A stretch of DNA of 63,056 bases, counting the filler, from Hyphochytrium catenoides (lineage: Eukaryota; Protista; Hyphochytriomycota), in the NCBI GenBank assembly GCA_900088475.1. It is 5 parts of 5 records of this genome, joined end to end, with 100 filler letters (N's around TTAATTAATTAA, not from the genome) between each part and the next. Parts side by side here need not be neighbours in the genome. Positions count along the whole stretch, not along the records: positions 20,058 to 49,940 come from FLMG01003886.1; 4 more parts are not named here. The stretch is one strand, 5' to 3'. Positions 21,926 to 34,145 of this stretch are shown here, piece after piece. Numbering within the stretch: the stretch's first letter is position 1; every line of letters starts with the position of its first letter. A program made the translations under genes and the position numbers. The notes under the pieces were generated by a model, which was not told the DNA's origin, did no database searches, and saw only the letters and a program-made list of their open reading frames with translations.

Positions 21926-22963
21926 CTACGGGGAGGCAAGACTCTTCCCACAAACGGGACAAGCCATCTCTTTCTCAAGATGCTCCAGGGCACACTCATC
22001 ATGGAACTGGTGACCGCAAGACAGAGTGCTCAGTCCTCCACCAAGTAAGACCCCGCAGATCATGCAATAAGAGGAGGAAGGCGAGAGAGCGGAAGAAAGA
22101 GAGTGGCGCTGCCCCTCAACCCTGCTACTGATCCGTGATGATATAGGACCTCTCTTCATGCTGAGCCTCCCAGAGTCTCCGGCTCCCCCTCTCTCTCCCG
22201 TAGAACGGATGGCTTCAACTACTTTTTGCCGTTTCTCTTCTGAGTTTCTGCCCGCTATAAACGCTGACACGGCGGCAATTAGCGGTTCCCGGCTGAGGTC
22301 ACACCGTTGAAAGGCAGGCGAAGAGACAAGGTCAAAGATGTTCTGCAGGAAGGCTTCTACGTTGTTCACCATTCTCTTCCTTCCTAACCTTAGCGCTATG
22401 GTGATGCCATGCTTCAGCCTCTCTTTACTCTTTGGCAGCCGATTGGCTACGTCCTGGACGACGAAGTAGAGGTAAGGGCAACAGCCCTTGCAAGCGTGTG
22501 AAGTGTTGATAGCGCTGACAACTGTCAACCGAAAGGCCTGGATATCGTCCGGGGTCTTCAAACTCGTCCACGACTGTCCAGCCGGGCCGCTGACAGTGAA
22601 CTTGAAGGTCCGATCATGGCGTAGGTATTCAGATTGGAGAAGCAGAGGTGGACTGCCATTATACTGGGCGACCTGCAGAAAGTTCGGGCTGTTTCTGAGG
22701 AGCTTGGTATTCTGATAGTGCATGTGAGAGGAGAAAGAAGAGGGGCGCGAGACCGCCGAAGAAGAGTCATCTCCGCCACCTCCGTCATCTTCTCCTCCTT
22801 TTCGTCTGCCTCTATCTCTCCTAGTGCTAGAGTAGGCCGTCCGTCGGCTAACAGGGCCTTCGCTGTGGGAGGGAGAGTCTGGGGAGAGCCCATCGTCTGG
22901 CAAGGGAGGAGAGTAGGGCGGAGAAGGGAGAGAATAGGGAGTTGGCAGGGTTTGGTCCATCAT
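21926..22963 (-). CDS. PX-like domain + C-terminal RING-H2 E3 ubiquitin ligase (intronless)
   Basis: C-terminal CMIC..LSCGHQFHDEC..CPVC (C3H2C3). The central region FTVSGPAGQSWTSLKTPDDIQAFR..HACKGCCPYL..RLPKS..VEAFLQNI resembles PX-fold segments of oomycete PX-RING proteins. Confidence 0.85.
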   Translation of the reverse strand: MMDQTLPTPYSLPSPPYSPPLPDDGLSPDSPSHSEGPVSRRTAYSSTRRDRGRRKGGEDDGGGGDDSSSAVSRPSSFSSHMHYQNTKLLRNSPNFLQVAQYNGSPPLLLQSEYLRHDRTFKFTVSGPAGQSWTSLKTPDDIQAFRLTVVSAINTSHACKGCCPYLYFVVQDVANRLPKSKERLKHGITIALRLGRKRMVNNVEAFLQNIFDLVSSPAFQRCDLSREPLIAAVSAFIAGRNSEEKRQKVVEAIRSTGERGGAGDSGRLSMKRGPISSRISSRVEGQRHSLSSALSPSSSYCMICGVLLGGGLSTLSCGHQFHDECALEHLEKEMACPVCGKSLASP

Positions 22964-23625
22964 GCCTCTCTCAGAGAATGGTCCTTTCTGTTATGTTCCT
23001 TCACAGTCCTCCCCTGTCCAAACTCTCCTCTGCAGGAGGCTAGCTTCTGGAGTAAAAAGAAGCCCGTCGGCACTTCAACCGCTTATTCTCAATCGCCAGA
23101 GATGAACATCCAACAGGTTGGGAAAGAGTCAAGAGAATGACGGGTGTTGTTGAGCGGCTGTATTCACGTCGTAGGAGTTGGAACAAAACTCTGCCAAGAT
23201 AGAGGGACACACTCGGCCAAGATAGAGGGACACACTTCCTGTACACAGTATGGTAGAGTGGCCCTGAGGCAGCCTGCTGAAAGAGATTGTAGCTACGAAG
23301 AAAGACGAAGAGAAGGATGAGACTGGATTCTGCTCGGAGGCTATGCCGCACTCATTGAGAAAGTAAGCGTCACAGGAGTAAAAAGCCTATGCTTGGCAAC
23401 ACCCCCCGACGCCTTGATTTCTTGAGGTGGGATAGAGTACAGGACTGAAAGCAGAACAAGACCCGCCTTGCTACAATGTGATGGGCACAAATGCAATGGT
23501 ACTAAGAGACCTTAGATGGAGGATCTAAAGAGGCCGCGTACACTGAATACCAAGTGACAATGTATCCTGAATGATAGTGACGGGCATCATTTGGTCAACA
23601 GACTTCCCCAGGAGCTCCGACCATC

Positions 23626-23716
23626 GCAGCAGCGGCTGCAGCAGCAGCAGCAGCAGTGGCAGTGGCAGTGGCAGAGGCAGGAGCAGGGGCAGGGGCAGCA
23701 GCAGCGGCAGCAGCGC
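23626..23716. repeat. GCA / GCAGTG / GCAGGG tri- and hexanucleotide repeat
   Basis: Directly visible; not inside any ORF listed in the track. Confidence 0.85.
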
Positions 23717-25279
23717 ACGGGAAGGGCTGCATAGACATTGACTGACCGGTGACTGCAGACCTGAAGGAGTTTTTAGTTCTGAGTGCTCATCAGCTGCCTC
23801 TTCTTGCGAACAGTGGAACTTCTGCCCCTCGGATCGGCCCCAAAGTTGTGCGTCACTTCTACTCTTCCTTCGGTCCAGATAAAGATTCCGAATGATGACA
23901 GGAAAGGGCCTCTGTTCGTCGTTGTAGACAAAGGCTAGTGGGTGTTGTGATGCCTGGGTGTTAGGCGTATAATTTGCTGTACACCTTTCCTGAATACTCT
24001 GTATCCGGAATCCGTGAGCGGTATTGGGGATATTACCGAGATATGGGGGACTTGCTATATAGAATTATGATGAACTAAAAATAGCGAATCTCGATTTGTT
24101 TGTTGTCTGCACAACAAACAGAGATGCCCAGTCTTCTTCTTTGAAAGATGTACATTACTGATTCTTGTTGTTAACGCCAAAACCAACGACAGCAGCAGCT
24201 GCTCATCCTGCCTCATGATGTAGCTTTCCCAAGAGCTTTCCTGGAGTTTATCCCTTCAAGGATCACGTCCTGCCTGGCGGTTCTTGGCGCTGAACGAACA
24301 GCCATTCCGAATGCCTTCCGCCGCGAAGGCATCGTCGTCGTCGGATATCACCACAACCGCTGTTGTTGAAGGCAAGACTTTGAAGGAAAGTAGTGGGCGG
24401 AGTTGTAAAAAAGATGGGGGACCTCTCTACTATCTCCTATCAGCGTTTCTCTTGGGGGCAAAGACATAACTCTTCCTCCGCATCTGTCGAGGGACGCCTA
24501 ACTCATTGGCAACAATTATTATGCGGTGGACATCATCAATAGTAGCTCCATCGCGCTCTTCTAAGTATAAACACTACGAGGAACTACTAGTAAGGCATGA
24601 TTGACTGAGGAGTAACCGACGAGCAAAAAGTCAATTGGTTAATATGCTGTACTGCCTGTACAACCATCATTATTTTACTGCAATGCCTCACTTGTAACGC
24701 AAGAAACTCTTTGTTTCCCAGGGTGACCTTCACTCCTAAACGTGGGACCATCATTCTCTCATGTAGGCCTTCAGTCAGAATATGCTTTGTCCTAAGATAG
24801 TCGAAATACGTGTGCATTGACTTTCAGCATCATACGAGGGTGCACCAGTAGAGTCCTCACATCGTCGTAAAGTTGAACAATACCAAAAGATTCCACACCA
24901 ATAAAAAGCGAGCAAGTGAGAGCAAAAAGGACTCTTATCATAGCATTTATTGGAATAAGTGTTCTGGATTCTGGATGGTCGTTTTGGGTGATTTTATTTG
25001 ATGAGGGAACATCTTTTTTGCCGCCAAATTCTCAAAAGTCTGCGAAGGAATTTCGCCCTCAGTGATGGTTCGAAATCTTTGTCCATCAGTCTTCAGCTCT
25101 GAAAAAAGCTTCAAGCAGAATCCATTAAGCTCTGAATAGGCCGCTTCGATGTTGCTCTGAAGAACTCAATCATCCAGAGAAGTGAATGACACTGCCGTCG
25201 GGGAGTATCAATTTGGCTATTCTTGATCTTTCCGAGACTGACCTAGAAGAAAATATAGTCAGGCGTAAAAAGCAGCATT

Positions 25280-28200
25280 ATGGCGGTTGACTCAGTTCGC
25301 CGAAGTGCAAGAGACCGCAAACCTCCCAAACCCATCTATGTGGTGCAAAATCCCCTGAGCTCTCCTCGCACCAGGTACTTAATCTATATGGGCTGCACAA
25401 GAGTTCCACCTAGGTGTTCTTGGTTGGTTACTCTCCTTGTGGCCGTAGTTCTGAGGACGAAGATGGTAGCGATGAGGCAAACTCACCTGTGCAGGCTCGC
25501 CGTCAGACCCAGCCAAAGAAGCCAAGGTAAGTACCTGCTGTAGTCTTACTTCAAGCAATCCTTAAGAAGCCCTATTTTAGAATGGCGGCGAAGGGGCCTT
25601 CCACAGCCAGCAAACGCTTGCAAGTTGTACAAGAAGAAGATCGCGGTAGATTGGGAAGAGAGGAAGAAGACAGCGAATCTGATTCCTCCCTTTTCGGTAC
25701 GTGGAATGCCCAAATAAAGACGTGTAACTATCAAAGCGTCTTGTCCTCCAATGCCCTATTTTTATTGCCTTGCTGCCAGCTAACTTGCCTCTTATTCGTC
25801 CTGTACAGAGAGTCTCAAGCGCCCAAATGTGGCAATAGACTCTGTAGTGTCTGACTGGATCGAGCAGTTTCTGGTAAATACGTGCTGATTAGTCCTATAT
25901 GGTTGAGTCAGTGGCTCACCGATCTCTCTCATACGTATGCAGGAGAAGCGTAACGACGCACTAGTAGAGCTGCTTAACTTGCTCTTTCATGTAAGCTGAG
26001 CTCTTTTGCGTCTTATCTTTACATTAGGCTTCCTTTAACCTTATCCCCTATACCTGAAGTTCAAGCTGGATATCGCTATGGCCTATCCTGCTATAATGTT
26101 TGGCCTTTTTATCTTTTTTGTCGATTCACTAGGCGTAGCGTGCAGAATCATCTTATCGCTGCGCAGACCAGCGCACTTGGTTCGTCGCTATCGTGACTCT
26201 AAATCATTGTTGCTCTTTATTGATCTTATGATGGCTCTGACATTTCTCCTGTCATGTTAGTCCTGTGGTAGTGCGCAAAATGTGGTTCATCAGGGGCAGG
26301 ATGTGGACAACTTGGAGCTGGACGAGCTAGCTGGGAGAGTTATTGAAAATATGACGTCGGATGAAGAGTTCCCGTTAACATCTAAGAAAAAGGTAGCTTT
26401 CTTCACTTGGAAGTATGCGCCTATATGCTTGCGCAGCTACTACCGGACCCCTAGCGTCCCTCTATGTCTTTGCTCTCCTCTTCTCAGCCATTTGCCCTCT
26501 AATCTGATGACATTTTTACCATCAACCCTCCTCACTGTGAGAAATGCTTCATCTTCTTTTGGTCCAGGAGCTTAAGAAATACAGAGCAAACCTCATGCAA
26601 TTCTGGAGAAAGTTGATCCAAGGGATTCGGGGCGATATTCTTTTTGAAGGAGACCTGGTAGAAACTCTCACTGACTGGACGACAAGTCTGGCTAGGTAGT
26701 ACCACCCATCTCCTTGTCCTTCCATCCCTTGTCGTCTCAATACTAAATCTTCCGTCTTGCTGCTGCACTTCACTCCGGAACACATTCTCTGTTGTGCTGG
26801 TACATTTGCGGTTTAACGAATTAGCTCTTCATCCCGGGCTATTCGCTTTACTGCCACAGTTTGCGGTTTGGAGATTGGCTATGGGCTCATTAAAGAGATA
26901 AACCAGCTAGGAGACGAAAAGCAGGTTGCAGAAAGGCAAAAGGCTGCAGAACAAGGAGCGAAGAAGGTACGAGACCCTGCTAACCCTACTCTTTGTTAAT
27001 GCGTGATATTCCCTGTCTCCTTCCTACTGTTTCGTCCCATAAATCTGAAGCCCTTCACCTTTTGAATGAATAGAAGGGAGAGCAGAGTAACAAGTCAAAG
27101 CAGTTGGCTCAGAACATTCTCCTTTTGGCAAAGGTATGGGGCCAAACTATACAAAGCTCACGTATGTCCAGCTACATTACCTTGATCGTGGTTGATCGTG
27201 GTGGTACTATTAAGTTCGTCCTTAGTATTCTCTTTGCTTTTTGTTCTTCCGTGCTCCTCCCTTACCTTCCTTGTAATATTCAACGGGTCCTTCTACATTT
27301 CTGCGGCACCGCAGCGCCAGGAGAAGCTTGTGGAGCAGTTGATGTCGATCTTCAAAGGCATATTCATGCATCGATACAGAGATGTCCACGATGACATCAG
27401 GCTGGAGTGCACAGCATCCTTAGGTAAGAGCATGAGAGCCAAGAGACGGGAGTGGTATGGCTTAGATTACTGTGTCCAGCACCAAAAGGCCATTCTGCCT
27501 AACCTCCAGCTGTTACGCCTTTGACTTGGCCCTCGACGGCAACGCAGGAAAGTGGATATCTGAGCTTCCAGAGGTCCTTTTAAATGACCAGTACACCAAG
27601 TACCTGGGATGGCTGCTTTCTGACCTTTCTGCTTCGGTTAGAAAGGCTGCGCTTGTGGCTCTCCGGAACCTTTATGAGGTGAGGTTCATAAATGATAGAC
27701 CATTTCAGCACCTTTATCGTCAGCTCAATTGTTTGCGGCTGCACCTTGGTTTTCTATTCTCGATGTCTCTTTTCCACTTCTGTAGACATTGTTCACCTGT
27801 CTCCTCAGACAGACAGACTCTGTACCCCCTCTAACCTCATCTTGTTCGGGCTGCTTCACTAGAACGAGTCCTACGTAGATAAGCTTGAACTTTTCACTAC
27901 TCGGTTCACGCCACGGCTGGTTGCCATTGCAACGGATGAGGATCGGCATGTGGCCATGGAATGCCTCTCACTCCTGAAGCACCTCATGAGGTACTTGAAG
28001 CTTATTGTTGTTCTGTCTATCACTTCATAATTTCTTTCTAAGCCTCCATGGGTTGCTTCATGAGCTCGAGAAGTATCCATTCCTTCTTCTACTACTATAT
28101 CAAAAAGGCCCTTGGCTTCCCTTGTGTTATTCGCGCCTATCAGCCTCTAACAAATAATCCTGTTTTGCGGGGCGTCTAGCAATGGTATTGTCGCTGAAGA

Positions 28201-31200
28201 GGATGTGGACACGGGCTCCCTCTATCTTCTTATCTTTGATGAAGATGAGGGAATTCGGAAAGCGGCAGCCTCTCTGTGGTCCTCTCTGTTCGAGGCATTT
28301 GAGATACCTGAGGGCGAGAATGACAGCGCAAAAAGCAAGGAGCAGGTGCTTTCATAAGGAACCTTCGTCCAATCGTTTTTAGTAGTATGCTGTTCGTCTC
28401 TCTTTGGCTTTCGACTTTCTTTGGCTTGTCTGGGTGTTATCCCCTTACGTTCCTTCAATTCCTTCTCAGGCTTTGGTCGAAGTAGCTCAAAGGCTGTTAT
28501 TTACTCCTCCATATTTTCTTCCGTCTTCCATAGCTACTAGCAATCCTGGAGCTGGCAGAGAAGTTCGGAGACGGTGACATGACGGAGCATGTCGATTACA
28601 TCGTCAGTGCTCTATGGGAAGAGCCAACAGCAGGTGAAGTGCTCTCTCCATGTGGTGGCTCCTTTACCGTACACTGGCCGTTAGATGACGTTGTTCCACT
28701 ACATCGCACTATCAGATACATCGCACTATCAGCTTCACCATTTTGCGCATCGGAGGTTGTTCGCCGTCTATGCTTTTGATCACGTGCACTTTGTTCCTTG
28801 ATGGTTCTCTATTCGCATTTAGTAATCTACTCTGGCTTTTGCTTGGTATTTGATTCTTGAAAGCACCCCTACGTTACGTTCGTATCTACAAGTTTCACAA
28901 CTCCTCCTCTCTTCATTTTATCTTTGCCTCACATAAGCTTTTCCCGCCTGCTATGAAAGTTGGGGTGAAGAATTGGGAGGCCATGAATGCTATGCTAACC
29001 TCGTCCAAGAAGAATGAACAATTGGAAGCCTATCAGACGGTAGGAGAAAAGCATGGAGGACGGAATTCCGGTTAACTCTGTATGAAAGAGTTTACATTCA
29101 AACCCTCCTTTGGCTTTCAGGCACTGTTGGTCCGTCTATTGTGTGCCTCTTTCTATTTGGCATGCCACACTGGCGATCAAGGAAAGACCAAAAGTACTGC
29201 CAAGGCGAAAAGCAAGGAAGACCTTCGGGTAGGGTGGGCTGTTTGCGGTACCAGTTGTGCAACGTCACCAAGTGATCTGCCTTCATGTTTTGCCCCTCCG
29301 TTGTCTTCAGTGCTGATCGCCTTGTCCGGCCCCTTTTTTGCGTTTGACCACATTGATCTTAGGAGGAGGCCACTGTCCATATGGTCAAGGTCCTTCCAGG
29401 ACTTTTGAAGGCATTTCAGGGCGATGCAGCTCTTTTACGACCTCTCTCCTCTCTCGTTGTGGATATGAACCTGATGGCTTACGGTTTGAACAGACAGACA
29501 AAGAATTTCAAAGGTAAAACCGTTCTCGAGCTGCCGGGCCCGCGCAATCAGTCAACTTGTCGTCCTTTCAAGGTTCTTAACGCTCTTGCTGGCATCAACC
29601 TATTACGTGATTGGCCCACTTCAGTGACTATGTATCATTGTCTGTATTTAACATACTTTATTGCAGAGCTCTTGGCCCGATTACAGGAGGTTTTTCTATC
29701 TTCAAGCGATGAGGTTACGCTTTCAAATGTTGCCAAAGCCTTGAGACACTTCGTTGTTGAGGAGCATCCCAGACAGAGAGACGCAGAGGGCTTAGTGGAG
29801 GAGTTGGTGGGTGAGATTATCAATAATTTTGACGGATATAAGAAGGTATGACGCATCTATGAGGACTAAAGAGCTCATAGAAAGTAGGTTTGGTCTATAA
29901 GCGTCTAGCATTTAGTTTATAGTGAGGACGCGTCCCTCAACTAACTCTCTGTCGACGATTGAACAGTCTGAGGCCTCACACAAGACAACAGCAGACGCGG
30001 AATTTGGGCTCGAGGCAAACATTTCGCGACTTCGTTATTTGGCAACAGCAGTCAATCTCTTGACGTTTCTCCCAAAGGACGTCGACATCGTACCCGATCT
30101 TCTTTCTCTCGTTGAAAGGAGGGTGAACCCCAATCTTTTTTTGAACAAAGGGAAAAGCTCGTCCTCATCGCTCCTAAAAAAGACGAAAAGAGATTTGCTC
30201 GGCTCTCGTACTGCTTCTGAAACTCTTTCCCTGTTGTTCTCTCTGTTTTGCTGGAGGTGCCAGCCCATCTTCTCTAGTGTGTCAGATCCGTCGCAAACCA
30301 ATCCTGAAGGTGAGAGCCAATGCGTTCCTGCTCTGCTCGATTGAAGTGTAACCATCTCCACTTTCCTGCTAGAGCAAAGCGAGGAGGTGAAGGAACAGAT
30401 TGAGTCAGTGGTGCAACTAAGAAATCAACTTGGTGAACTCATCGAGAAGGCGCTGGCGGCAGAAGGCAACATTGCCGAGGAAAACGATAGAAATGTGCAA
30501 AATGCAGCGGAGGAATACGTCTCTGCAATACAGAAAAGAGCTTACGAAGTCTTGAGCGATCTTCGCTCTCTTTGCGTTGACAAGCTAGAGTCGCATCCTG
30601 TCCTACGTCCTCTGGCCTGGTCTCTCTCGGACAATCTCATCTCTCTGCTTCAGCGCTACTTTCAGGCCAAAATGACTCAGGTAGGGTGGAGAGATAAAGA
30701 TCTGGCAGAGAGGCCGGGTTGCTGGGATGTTTGCGTTATTTGGATTCTCTGAAGTACGGGAGCTTTCGCTTTCTCGCGCTCTCATCTAAACTTTCCTCTT
30801 ATGTGGCATGATGTAACCCTTGAAATTTGTTCTAAGATGCATCACCTGTTACCATCCTCAGCTTCATGAGATTGAAGAACAACAGGAGGATGAGGAAGAA
30901 GATGGAAAGAGACACGTGGAGGAGGAGCGGGAGGGTCTAATTTTCAATCTCGCCCACCAAGTCATTAGCAATAAGCTGCACCGGAAGCAAGCAGCCGCAA
31001 TCATTGACGCGGTCGCAACAGAGGATGAGAGAACTATCGAGGTAAGGCTGCTCTAGTTCTCTTTGCACTATGTTCGCCACTTCACTTTTCTCAATGAGTT
31101 GACCTATTTCGCCTTAAGCTAAGCGGATATGTTGCTGGTTCGATAGTAGCGTTAGCACTTGTCCGTGTTTCTATACTTTCCTCTAAATTTTGTTTTCTTA

Positions 31201-33685
31201 GGTGGTCAAGGCTTTCGCAAAGGGCTTGAAGCAGCACAGTCCTGCCAATTTCTTGGAGGTTCAAATGACTGCGCTGAGGAAAGCTTACAGAGATTATGAA
31301 GACATCGTGGCCCATGCCAATGAGGTAAAGCAACACTATTCTCATAGAATGCGCCTCTTTGAAAGTGGAGAATCGACCATGGTTAGAGGGCTAAGGAATA
31401 CAGGCTTGCAGCTGAAAGGGAGACTTTGCATAAGGCCAGAGGGTAGAGGACTGCCTATTCCTCGTATATTTTTTTCTTCGTTCAGCTCTCTCCGTGATTC
31501 TCGTTGGTCTGTTCGCATCATTTTGGGGATGAAGCGGATGATTGATGAAGAGTCCGTGACCAAGACTTATTTTGAGGGACAAGATTCGCTATCACCTTCC
31601 CTCATGTTCTCACCTTTTGCTCTTATGTCAACTTCCGGACCTTTCAATTATGGTTCTGCGCGAAGGATTTCGATGCCCTTGAAGGATCAAATGTGGAGGA
31701 AATCAGTTCGGTTCTCTCTTCCCTGCGAAATCTATCTAAGAAACTAGTCCACATGATGGGAGTAGGGAAAGCCTCGAAGGACATGGAGGCGCCTTTACAG
31801 CGCTTTCTCTTGGAAGGGATCAGGTGGGCGGAGCCGTGTATGCGCTCTGAGTTCCGCTTCGTTTTGTTTCCCATAAATTCTGTACCTCTTCTTCTTTTTC
31901 CTCTAAAATATCCCTATGGCTCGCAGAGTCGTTATCCATATGGGGAAGAGACTATGCCTGGAGGTTGGCTTACATTCCAGCAAACTAACATGCATTACCT
32001 GACAGATATGCCATGGCCGCCCCTTCACATCTTCGGTTTGCTGAGGCTCTGAAGCCCTACTTTTCCCACTTGCGGCCGGCATCTCTATCCACACTACTAA
32101 GGGAGGTTCTCGCTCTTGAGGAGCAACTGGCCCCTACGGTAAAAGAAGAGATGGAAGCCCAGTTGGCGCTTCCGGCTGAAGAAAGAGAGGATTATTGGCA
32201 TGCCTTTCTGGAAATCACCGAAGCTTTCGGGAGAGAGGACGGAGGAGGAAAGAGAGTATCCCCGAAAGGCATTGCAGCCAAGAAGGGATCAAAGGTTAGT
32301 TCAGATAAGTCAACGCGAGACCGTGGACGACTAGGGGTCCTATTGTTTGACAATGGCTTTGTGCTAACCCAACTGCGTGCATTTAAGCTGGCTGGACTTG
32401 CTAATCTCCTGGCGATTTTAGTTTACCCCTAAAGCCCTTGCTCTACGAATAGGTTATATGGATCTTCTTGGCCTCAAAAAAACACACCCTTGCGTTGACT
32501 CCTCTTACGCTCTTAGCCCGTTGCCTTTAGTATGCTCGATTTGACTTCACCTCCTCAATGTCGATCTTTCTTATACAGGCACGCCGAGCTCTTACCGAGG
32601 AGGAAGAAGAAGATGAAGAGACTCAAAGGTCTAAGCAGGTAATGACCTTGCTTACCATGTTATCCATCCTGTTTCCCCCTCGTCTTTATTCCCTTTGTCG
32701 TCCTATCACAGTTACTGAGTTTTCTTGCTTGCTCAGTCATGGGGGACTGCCGTCTAAACGTTGCCTCACTGTCCTCGTGGATAAAATACAGGCTTTTTTA
32801 GCTGATCTAATTCTACTTGTCCTTTGGTTCGGTCCGTTGTATCTCATGGCCGCGCTTTTTTCTCTCTTTGAATCTCCTATGATTTTGAATCTACTGCTAC
32901 TTCTTTCTATATGATATGAAGGCACGCCGTGGAAGACCGCCCCTCGCTCCAAAGTCTGGTGGAAAGAGACAGAGGGCAAGCCCTCCTGGGTCCCAGTCAC
33001 AGTCGCAGTCGCAGCAGGTTCACGGCGGCAGCCAATTTAGGGAAGAGGATGAGGACGACGAGGGAGTTTACTCGTCCCCTCTGCCTCTCAAAAGAAAATC
33101 AACGAGGCTTGAGTCGGATGATGAGAGTGAGGAAGAGGTAAGAAGAGACAAGAAGGAATGAAAAGCTAACTAGGAGCACGAAGATCCAAAGCAGGAGTAT
33201 ATTTATCGAGGCCGGTGAACCTGTTGATTTTTAGCTATACAGCCGTTTAATAAGTGTCACTATTCCCTTCACCAGCAATCCCCTAAAACGAATACTAAAG
33301 GACGAAGAGCAGCGAAAGGCAAGCAGAAGAAGGCAAGGCTCAGTACAGACGAGGAGGAAAAAGACGGAGCCGAAAAGGGGACCATGCCAGCACGAAGGAC
33401 CCCGAGACTCTCACGCAGGTCTTCGGGAAAGAAAGACATGGGCGACAGCGATAATGAAGATCGGATGGAGGAGGAGACACCTGCAAGAGACGAGGTGAGT
33501 ATGATACTACGGTACTACGGTTCTTTTGATCAGCCCAAACACAGCGCTTGGCCCAATACGAAGGCCCACTTGCACTACATCTTTCTCTTTGCTAATGATC
33601 CCTGGTATCGTAGGAAGAGCAAGAGTCAGAGGAAAGTGAGGATGATGTACCACGTCGTTCACGAAGGGCGGCGGGTCGAGGCTGA
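25280..33685 (+). CDS. SCC3: Cohesin subunit SCC3/STAG (stromalin), multi-exon
   Basis: Hallmark SCD segment FMHRYRDVHDDIRLECTASLG|KWISELPEVLLNDQYTKYLGWLLSD..VRKAAL and LELFTTRFTPRLV. STAG-domain exons at 25940-26970; charged N- and C-terminal tails; last exon 33614-33685 ends TGA. Confidence 0.95.
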
Positions 33686-34145
33686 GCTCTCGTATTTTGT
33701 GTGAGGCCAAGACAAAAGAAGACTTCGAGACGGTCCGAACGACTTGAGCTTCCGCAGCCTGTTGTGCGTGCTGCGGCAATGTCGAAACCGCTTGTGAAGG
33801 AGATCGCTCGTGTTTGATCGTGTTTGATAGTTTATTCAAAAGCAATGACTTTCCTACCGAGCGGCTTGTACGATGTCAAGCGTTCGCCTGACGTGAAAGT
33901 CTGCCAAGAGAGAGCAAGCAGCTTCACCTAGTGAGGTGGTATAAAGGAAAGATGTAAATGGAAATGAAGGATGTTATACGAGTGCTGCTCTGCTACTCTT
34001 CGTCCTTGCCCAACCCAAGACTCTTTAGGGGGTTTTCACGCTCTTCTATTGTGCCACTTTCTGTTTCGGTGTTCATTTGCCTGGCTTCGAGCTGCTCATA
34101 CATCTGCAGCCTCTCGCGCTCCGTTTATCTGCCACTGTCCAGCCT

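Noticed and set aside
23400-24850. Possible minus-strand pseudogene ending in a poly-Ala-like repeat
   Set aside because: Frames are short, broken by stops and have no identifiable motif.
25020-25090. GGTTCGAA T-loop-like sequence
   Set aside because: No acceptor, D or anticodon stems; not a tRNA.
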